Below are positions 55,520 to 64,000 of a stretch of DNA of 64,000 nucleotides, one piece after another (the stretch's first letter is position 1; each line of letters starts with the position of its first letter). The position numbers were made by a program, and so were the translations under genes. The stretch lies in the NCBI RefSeq assembly GCF_009914755.1, contig NC_060934.1. One strand, given 5' to 3'. The stretch comes from the human T2T-CHM13v2.0 reference genome, Homo sapiens. The notes beneath the pieces are model-generated. The model did not search any database. It saw only the letters and a program-made list of their open reading frames with translations, and was not told the origin of the DNA.

Positions 55520-56080
55520 TATCCAATCTCCCCTGCACCCCCTAACATTGGTAAGTTACTCTCTCTAAAACACAACAGTGATCATATCCTACTTTGTCAC
55601 AACTTATCCCCAGCACCTTTTGTATAAGGTTTAAAGCCTCTGATGAGTCATTTAGGGCCCCCTTGCGCAATCACCCTTCCCTCTTTGCCCATGGCTGCAC
55701 CTCCCTCCAGCCAGATTGGAGTTTTTGCAGTTCCCTCTGCGAGCCTTGTAACCTCTCTTGTTTCCTGCACCTGAAGTATACTGGGTCACTACTCAGTTCA
55801 GGGAATAAACACGGTATCTTCTGTGAAGATGTCCCTCAACCAGGGTCACCCCCTAGGGGTAGTCACTTCTTTGAGCTCTCATAGCATTTTGCATTTGTTT
55901 TTAGCACATTTGCCATTTTTGGCTTGCATGATAGTTATCTTTGTCTTATCCTCTCCTAAATTTGTCTAGAAAACTCACCCTTTTGGTCTGTGCAGACCTC
56001 ATAGTTCCTAGGGTTATGCCTCCCCAGAATGGGGTACCATGTATTTGTTAAATATTCCAGTGAAAGAATGAATGAATCAC
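55520..56080 (+). mobile_element. L2 fragment
   Basis: Degenerate L2 3' motifs ending AAATATTCCAGTGAAAGAATGAATGAAT. Confidence 0.55.
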
Positions 56081-56254
56081 AGTAATATAATGAAATGCTG
56101 TGTTGTACAGCTCTGTGGGGGCAGTGGAATTGGACATTTTCTTTCTTTCCTCTAATGTCCAAAAGTGAGTAGTGTCTGTTGTATTACTGAAATAAAATGT
56201 TCATACTTTTTAAAAATCACTGTAAGTCGTCATCAGCCATCAATCATCAATCAT

Positions 56255-56415
56255 CAGGCAGGCAACTTAAACTTTTCTGAGCCTGTCTCCTCAGCTCTAA
56301 GAAGAGGACAAGCATTCTCACCTCATAGAGTTGTAGTGAGAATTAACAGGAGAGCATGTATGAAAGATATTAGGTACCTAGCCTGGCACATAATAGTTGT
56401 TCAGCAAACATATAC
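56255..56415 (+). mobile_element. MIR
   Basis: ACTTAAACTTTTCTGAGCCTG...ACCTCATAGAGTTGTAGTGAGAATTAA...CCTGGCACATAATAG. Confidence 0.75.
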
Positions 56416-56480
56416 GATGATGATGATGATGGTGTTGATGACGATAATGATGATGATGGTAGTGATGATGGTAATTATGA
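56416..56480. repeat. Degenerate (ATG)n repeat
   Basis: Direct reading. Confidence 0.85.
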
Positions 56481-56809
56481 CTTTCAAAGAGCTAAAAATG
56501 AAGTGCTTAAAGGAGAAGGTTCTGTCTGGGTGGTTGAGTGATCACAGCTCTCAAGGTAAGGTAATTAATTTTTCCCTCCATCTGATGCTATTTGCAAAAG
56601 TAAAGGCCATCTGATATATTCATAGAAGGTTCCAGATATATCAATTATTCATTCCCACATCTGAGACTTTGAAACAGGTAAATTTCATGCTGGGACTACA
56701 GATGACCAAAAAGGAAAAAAATCTAGTTAGCACGGCTATTCAGTGTGATGAACTGTGTACAGTATTAGATCTATATGTAGTTTTTTAAAAGGAGCACATT
56801 TTTCTTATA

Positions 56810-57740
56810 ATAGTTTTATAGTTTTATTTTTACATTACAAAATGATGCATGTTTATTACATTATAAACAAAAAAGTAAAAAGAAAATAAAATCACACATC
56901 ATTCCATTATTTAGGAGCAACGTCTGGACATGTTGAGGTATATTTTTCTTTCTGATAATGTTTTATTTTTTTTCCTTCTAACATTTTGAAAAAGTGCAAT
57001 GTATCCTCTCTAACTATGTTACTGGTTAAGATTCATTTAAATTCATTTTTCTCTAATTATTAATGACAAGAATGAAATAATACCTATTACCTTTCTCTTA
57101 TGTAAAATATTATATTTAGTATATTACTTACTTTCTTCTTCTTCCAACCATTCTCAGCTCTGGTTTGATCAATGTGGAATTTTTGGATTAAATTACTGTT
57201 ACTAATAATGTATATGTTCTCTTTCAATAATTATTTTAATATTTACTTAATTTTTATAACCATATTAGCAATAATTATTTGGATTTACTTATATTTAACT
57301 GGTTTCATAGTTTAAGACCTATACACTTATTCTGTGTGTCCTTCCCATTCTTAAGTGATTTTTTTACTTCATCTGTCATTTGACTGCTTCTGGTCAGTTC
57401 TTTGAGTAACTTTTTCAGCAGGGCAGGTAAGTGGTTGACTTTCTGAGGTCTAGAATATCTGAGTGTGTGTGACCATTACTCGGCTGAATGTAGAAATAGT
57501 AGTTCATAAGCATTTTTTCCCAAATTATGTGGATGTTGTTCAGTTGCTTCTTTTGTTTCATGTAATGCAGGAAAATTATAAATTCACACTGATATTTATT
57601 CATTTGTAATAATTTTCCTGGATGCTTACAATGCTTTTTTTTCTTTACCCTCGAAATTCAAAAAGTTCATTAGGGTAAATCCACTGGTCTATTTAATAAA
57701 TCTTGCCTGGTACTTAAAGACTCATCTCTTTTCTTTAGCA
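56810..57740 (-). mobile_element. Ancient L1/HAL1-like AT-rich fragments
   Basis: T-rich degenerate sequence, e.g. TTTCTTTACCCTCGAAATTCAAAAAGTTCATTAGG...AAAGACTCATCTCTTTTCTTTAGC. Confidence 0.45.
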
Positions 57741-57844
57741 ATTTAGGGTCACTCTGTTTGGTAGTGGGGTCAGAAATAATGGATTTCAGAGTGTCTGAAA
57801 TCCAGGCAAGCCCCAAGCTTTTTAAATAACTGCATAAGTGAAAG

Positions 57845-58010
57845 GCAGTGAGATGTGATAGAAAGAACTCAGTCTGTTGAGTCAGCTCTGCAGATGATCA
57901 GCTGCGTGACCTAGGACTTGTCACCTGATTGCTCTTGGAGCCTCAGTATCCCCCATCTATAAATGGAGATAGAAAGAACTCCTTGCAGATTTGTTGTGAA
58001 GAATAAACAA
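57845..58010 (+). mobile_element. MIR
   Basis: AGCTGCGTGACCTAGGAC...GAGCCTCAGTATCCCCATCTATAAATGGAGATA. Confidence 0.75.
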
Positions 58011-58395
58011 GGAAACAATCAGGCCTATTATAAATCATATCTCCTCTTGTGCAATATAAGGAGAGTAATTCCTTCCCAGGCCAAGGCCATACAACTTTGG
58101 TTCGAGAAAAAAATCAAATTCTATATTGGAACTCAGAGCTGCTCTTCTTACTAAAGGTAAAGGGTCTCGGAAACATGGCTCCCTCCTTGAAGGATGGGAA
58201 TATTCTAGGGGACCAGGGTGCCTGCCAAGGGTGAGAATGAACATCAGCAGATCAGACCCAGTTACAGGAGCACAAACTGCAGCCTTGGGAAGAGCAGAGG
58301 GAAAAGAAAGGCTGTTTCTCTCCTGGTCACTGACATATGCCTCTTGTCCTGTCTCGGGTGTTCCATTGTCCTTATCCCATCATGACTCCGAACCA

Positions 58396-58572
58396 TAGAC
58401 ATGGTGTTGGTAGACCCAGGTGGCCCGCAGTCCAGCAGCTTTGCACCACCCAGGAGCTTGTCAGAAATGCAGAATCTCAGGTCCCACCCTGGAGCTACTG
58501 GATTAAAATCTGCATTTGAACCAGATCCTCAGGGGATTCATGTGCCTGTGAGCTTGAGAAGCTCTCGTCTAG
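58396..58572 (+). mobile_element. MER5A hAT-Charlie DNA transposon
   Basis: GGAGCTTGTCAGAAATGCAGAATCTCAGGTCCCACCC...AAATCTGCATTT...GCTTGAGAAGCTCT. Confidence 0.8.
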
Positions 58573-59677
58573 ATCACATGTTGGTCAGAACCAAAGTTTT
58601 AGGTGGCTTCTTTGTTGTCAACCAGTGATTTTATTTTCATGCCTTTGGAAAATAGCAGTGAAAGCACAGCAGAAAATTCTAGAAGAAATGAAAGTAAAGC
58701 ATATAGAATTTTAAAACACAGAATAAAGTCCAGTGGTTTCTGTCTCAGCCAGTTTCATGGGAGCCAGGGAAGGGTCTGGTTCTTCTCCCTGAGGCTGCTT
58801 TAAACTGCTTCCTTGCATTTTAGCACTTGGCAGGCTCAGAATCATTCTCTTCTGTACATGTTCTAAGCCTCTCTGCCCAACCACAATGATGAGAGCACAA
58901 CTGCTGAAAACCATAATTGTGGCATGCGTGGCTCCTGTGGCTCCCCCATGCCTCATTCTGAGTCCATAGATGTGGTCACAAAACAGAAATTGGAATGCAA
59001 TGCCGCGGCTTCTGTGGGTGTTCTGCGGTCTCAGCCTTGATCTCTCTGGGCCCCAGGTTATCTCTCGCCTCTTCTCCAGCTACCACCTGGATGGTGAATG
59101 TGTGTCCCCAGCACTGGCCACCAGCCCCTGGCCAGGGGCAGAGGCAGAACCAGAGTAGACGCTGGATGATGACTCCAAGACTTTACGGCTACTGTCCATG
59201 CAACTTGAATTTCCAGAGAGGTAAAATAGGATGTTGTTGGAGTGGGGCCTAGGCATTTTCTGGGGCTTTCCACAGTCCGCATGTGGCTGTCTGCCTCAGC
59301 TGCGTGAGTTCAGGGAACTTGTCAGTCCTGTCCACTCTTGTATCTGTAGTACCCACTAGAATGTCTGGCATATAAGAGACACTTACTATGTACCTGAACC
59401 TAGATCACAGTGCAACAAAGAACCTGCATGATCTTAGACCAAAAGAGCGCGATATGGCTTAGTGAGAAATAAAGCTAATACCCAATCTGTTGATGGGGGC
59501 CTCTGCTGCCTTCTAGAAGAATGGCATAATTCCTCTCTGCTGCAGACTGTTGCTTCTTTCTTTCATTCTTGAGGATAAAAGTATCCTTATTGGTTTTGTG
59601 AGCCAGTTGGAGGAGGGAGGAGAGGCCTGTGAACATAGTCTGCCTGGGGAAGGGTGAGATCAGAAAGCTTGGAAGCA

Positions 59678-59857
59678 GGCTTGGTGCGGTGGCTGATGCC
59701 TGTAATCCCAACACTTTGGGAGGCCAAGACTGGAGAATGGCTTGAGCCCAGGAGTTTGAGTTTAGTTGTAGTTAGCTGTGGATCGTACCACTGCACTCCA
59801 GCTTAGGTGATAAAGCGAGACCCTGTCTCAAAAAATAAAAAGAAAATTTAAAAAAGG
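59678..59857 (+). mobile_element. Monomeric Alu (left-arm start, right-arm end)
   Basis: GGTGGCTGATGCCTGTAATCCCAACACTTTGGG joined to CCACTGCACTCCAGC...CCCTGTCTCAAAA; TSD-like AAAGCT..GAAGCA. Confidence 0.85.
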
Positions 59858-60797
59858 AAAAAGCTCAGAAGCAAAATAAAGTGTGAGGAATGTAAAGATT
59901 TGGGGGCAGTCTAGCAGAGACGAATGGGATAGCCAGGGAGGCTAGAGAAAATGGGAGAAAACCTGGGAACAGCAAGACCCGTTCCCAGGAACAAAAGGGG
60001 ACTAGTACCACTTCAGGAGACCGAGGTCCTGGGAGGGAAAAGCACACAGAGGTCACCGCAGCGTCATGTTCTGTTGCAACTCCGCCCCATCTCCCCCAGG
60101 CCATCAGTAAAGTCGGCCAAGTGCCACAGTCTTGTAGCGGGGTGTCTTGTGGAAAGCAAGCTGCATTCGACATTTGGGTGGGTGAGAGAGAGAGGCAGGC
60201 AGAGAGAGGGGTCCAGGAAGGCAAGCTGTCGAGTGAGGAAACCCAATCAGGGAAGTTGCTGAGGCAAGGACTGGGAGAAGAACGCAAGGCTCCAGCAGGA
60301 ATCTGCAGAAATCTGGGAGTGGATGCAAGCTGGCTCCTGGATGCGGGATGGGGCTGGGAGCCAGTGAGCGTCGCACTGATGGGGAGGAGGGAGCCTGAAG
60401 GCTGGAAGATTTCGAGACACCTGGTTGCTGTTACATGGGTTACATAAGGCTCTGCCCAATTTATGGAGCCACCTCTGGCTCTGGGGGGAGTCAATCTTTA
60501 GCCTGTGGAAGCTGCCAGCACATGACTGAGTCTTAGTCACGATGTTGTAAAACCTCTCTGGAGATTCCTGGACAAAAGTGAGAATTGTCACTATTCAATG
60601 ACAAATGAACCGGGATAACCAGGGTTGGATGACCTCCACCAGTGGCCTGGGCTGCTTCCCATGACAGCAAAGCCCTCCCTACTTAAAGGGACAGAGGTGC
60701 CAATCACCCGACAGTCCTTCTGATGTGAAAGCCCACTCACTCTGGAGAAGGGCCCTTTTCTAAGAAACCCACCTAAGTTGACCTCTGAGGCTCTATG

Positions 60798-60799
<2 letters not shown>

Positions 60800-60829
<30 letters not shown>
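60800..60829 (+). repeat. (A)30 homopolymer
   Basis: Direct reading. Confidence 0.95.
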
Positions 60830-60832
<3 letters not shown>

Positions 60833-62817
60833 CAGTGGTGTAGTGAGGACAAATAAATGATCTTATTACTTGGAGAAAACTATTTTAGAGAAAAATTATA
60901 CTTAAAAAAACCAGATGGTTCCTTTGTTTCCGATAGTTGCCTATAAATTCTCTATTTTTCTGGTCTGTGGGATTGAAATTGATTGAAACTGACATTTTTG
61001 GGGTTTTTTTGTTTTTTTTTTTAGCATGAGTCAGTTGACAAGAAAATTGAAAAAACAAAACAACCAGTGCCAACAGGGCTTGTTTTTTTCTCTTTATTTC
61101 TTTCCAAAAATCTATGTCCAGAGGTTCTGATAAGCCTAAAAAAAAAAAAAAGAAAAAGAAAAAAGAAAAGAGAAGGAAGTCAATGATCTGTTTTTAGAAG
61201 CCTCTAGCAGTTCCCTTTCTGAAGCTGCTGTGCAGATTTGTGCACACATTTTATCCAGCTGCCATACATCTGGAATCTTGGAGTTGTCCCTCTGGCTCTC
61301 CATGAAAAACAGCAAAAAACCCCACACCACTGGCTTTCTGACCCATGTGGTTTCATAGCCTTTTCCAGGAGGTAAAATCCAGACTTGAGCTATGGAAAAT
61401 TGCTTCTCTTGGCTTGAAAGTCACAGTTTAGCAAGTGGTGTGTTTCAGGGAAACTGGTGGGCCTGAAGATTAGTTTGTATTTGCTGCCTCCTGGGGCTCC
61501 CAATCAGCCACTTGGCTCCCAGAGTCACCAGTCTCCGTGTTGCAAGGCTCACCAGGGGCGAGGAAGAATGCGGCACAAATGTTACTGAGAACAGCCTTCC
61601 TGTCTGGATGTTTTCTGCCTTCTGCAGTTCCTCCAAGTCACCATCACATATACAGAAAGGCCGGTGGCTGACATTCGTGTCTTCTACTGACCACAAAGTG
61701 CCTCCTGTCCCAGAGATCTGGAGGTGGCCACACTTTGGTACAGCTATATGTCACTTCTTTCCCCAGCCACATGACCCACCCGAGATGCTTCACGCCAGCT
61801 GTGCTGATGAACATGAAGAAAGAGGCTACAGGGACTGGTAGAAAACCCACTGACTGATGAACTATGCTTGACCCATTTCTCCAAACACAACGTACATATG
61901 GGAGAAAGGCCACCGGGCTCTGAATGCAGTGGATCAGCTTAGTAAACAGTCTCTTTCCCACCCCTTCATAGAAATGAGTCCCCAAGGATGGTGAATTTTC
62001 CATATATGACTTTTAGAAATAGGGTAGAATTTGGGGTGGGGGTGGGGACAATAATGAATAGATTTAAATCAATAAATACCATATATATGGTCTGTCTTCG
62101 TTCCAATGTACAATCCTGAGGTCCACAGCATTTTGCTGATCATTAAAGTGCTTTGGAGAATGGTGCTTTCTTAGATGCACCATTCTCCAAAGTCCATGAG
62201 AAAAGTCAATGGAATCCCAGCCCCAAGCTTCAAACAGTGTTTATGCATTAGCACAGATGCCAGCCCCACATTCCCCGTGCAAACCTGCCTAACTCTACCT
62301 ACTATGAACCCCTGTAGCATTCACCATCTGGGTGTCTCATTTTGCATGGAACATTTGATGGCTCTTAAAAATAATAATACCAACCTTTCTAGGTGTTCTT
62401 TGTATTTTTTCAACTCTTTTATAAGTCCCTGAAAGACAAATCTGTGCCCTTTGTATCCCCAGCATCAAGTTTAAGGCCCTCCCTATAGAAGGTTTCAAAA
62501 TACTTTAATGATGCAGAGTCTCATGTATAAGCAGATATATGGCTCACTCCAAGTGAGGATAAGTATCCTGCAGTAGGAAATGACAAGGACAGTAGTTCAA
62601 TTCAGCAAACATTGTTGATGTCTTCTTGGGGTCTTAGCTAAAAGAGACTGTAACAGAGAGGAGCTCCCAATTCCAAAGATAAATGTCATTGTGCTGGGCA
62701 TTTGACCATTGTCAATGTGAGCTATAGTCATGGACGCAGGGAGTGGAGAAAATCTGAGAAGCCACAGTAATCAAGGTTTTAAAGGTGTAGACTTGCCATG
62801 GGTTATGGAGAGAAATA

Positions 62818-63017
62818 GGCTGGTGTGCTGGAGCCAGCTGTTAAATGCTCAAGAAAATTGCTAGAATTTTGAGAGCCAGTTGTTAAACCATTGAAATTGA
62901 CTTAACTTGAAATTGGCTGTTGATAAAGTATTTGCACCATGGAAATCGGCTATTACTACAAATCAGAGCTCCTCCCCAACCTCATCCCACCCACATAGCT
63001 GGTTTGCCAGACCACTG
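62818..63017 (+). mobile_element. MER63A-like hAT DNA transposon
   Basis: TGGTGTGCTGGAGCC...GAGAGCCAGTTGTTAAACC...CACCATGGAAATCGGC...GGTTTGCCAGACCACTG. Confidence 0.8.
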
Positions 63018-63439
63018 CTAGCCTCCAACCATCTGTGCTCAGGCAAGGGTAACTTTTGACCAAAAGCTTCCAGCTGACTGTGACCTTAAATGGCCTTATT
63101 ACACAAAGCAATGGTCTCTGCCAACAACTGCCTATGGTTCAAGGAGCAAAAGTTGAACTTTACCTGGAGCTAAGTGTGCTGAGAATCTTTGATCACTTCT
63201 TGCCCCCCTCAGCTAATCTGCCCACAGACATTGCTTATAGTCGCAGCTTTTCTTATAAAGAGCTACAACATGCATGCGAATGTAATATGCAACTTGAATT
63301 TGTAAATCTCTTTCACTATGAACTCTCAGAGCATTGCATGTGAATTAGATCAACCATTGTTCCCAATAGTGGCTCCCTGATGGGAAAGAAGCAGAACCAA
63401 GAATCAGATAGATGTCTGGGGTATTTGCATGACACTTTC

Positions 63440-64000
63440 TTCTTGGATTTTTGCTGCCTTTATTTGCTATCTATCTACAGTATTTCTCTGGTTGACCTTA
63501 TCTAGTCCCTTGGCATTAAATTCCATGGTACACTGATGGTGCCCAAATGCAGCTATGATTTCTCCCCTGGGCTTCAGACTCATCCAACTTCTTCCTTGAT
63601 GTCTCCACTGGGATGTCCAATGAGCGTGTTGGAAACATTACATCAGCTCATGTCACTCCTCTGCCTCCAGTGGCTTCCCATCTCACCCCAAATACAGATC
63701 CATGAGATGGTCTGTTCTACACCCAACCCCACCCCATCACTCCTCAGGCCTCCTCTCCTGCGGCCCTTCCCCTTGAGGCTGGTCTCCTTGCTGTCTACCA
63801 AGGACAGGCTCTGCCATAGAGGAACTTGGCATGCCATCTCCCTGGGAAGTTCTCTCACCAAATGTCCTCCCTCACCTCCTCCAAGGTTAAACGGGCCTTC
63901 CTTGCCCACTGAACTTAAAATTACAACCTTCTTCACCCTCTCCCCTTTCCTTATCCCCTCCTCTTGTCCTCCTACTGATGCTCCTGTTTGTCATTCTCTC
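63440..64000 (+). mobile_element. L2 (L2a-like) fragments running to window end
   Basis: GGCATTAAATTCCATGGTACACTGATG...CTTCAGACTCATCCAAC...GTCTCCACTGGGATGTCCAAT. Confidence 0.7.

Noticed and set aside
56165-56614. 149-aa ORF with a poly-Met tract
   Set aside because: Made of a MIR plus a degenerate (ATG)n repeat
59865-60494. Longest ORF (209 aa, minus strand)
   Set aside because: Non-ATG start, Ser/Pro/Leu-rich composition expected from a pyrimidine-rich strand, no recognisable homology, ends in an Alu flank
59198-63301. Exact 15-mer ATGCAACTTGAATTT at about 59198 and 63287
   Set aside because: Does not extend; a few 15-mer matches are expected by chance in 64 kb

Overview
This is human (primate) non-coding genomic DNA, intergenic or deep-intronic. 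I find no credible protein-coding exon, RNA gene, CpG island or prokaryote-type system; the ORF track is explained by Alu/LTR/L1 sequence, microsatellites and chance. Roughly half the window is interspersed repeat: about 20 Alus, MIR, L2, old L1/HAL1, MaLR and ERVL LTRs (MLT1, MST, THE1, MLT2A1, LTR16, LTR47), a MER11 solo LTR with an intact 6-bp TSD, and the DNA transposons MER33, MER63, MER5A and MER103. Subfamily names come from recalled consensus sequences, not a RepeatMasker run, and boundaries without TSDs are approximate. The most notable unexplained structure is a set of short local templated duplications and inversions: 2.0-3.4 kb (inverted), 4.4 kb, 6.7 kb, 14.8/15.8 kb, 23.6/25.6 kb and 54.2/54.7 kb. 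The three direct pairs are all about 82-83% identical. Other highlights are independent Alu insertions at the same site in two paralogous MLT1 copies, a 57-bp minisatellite carrying TAATCC/SOX motifs, a symmetric (GGAA)12(GGAG)7(GGAA)12 tract, an MLT2A1 LTR whose 3' end was replaced by an AT-rich fold-back expansion, and several motif-dense unique blocks that may be enhancers. I cannot identify the locus from sequence alone.
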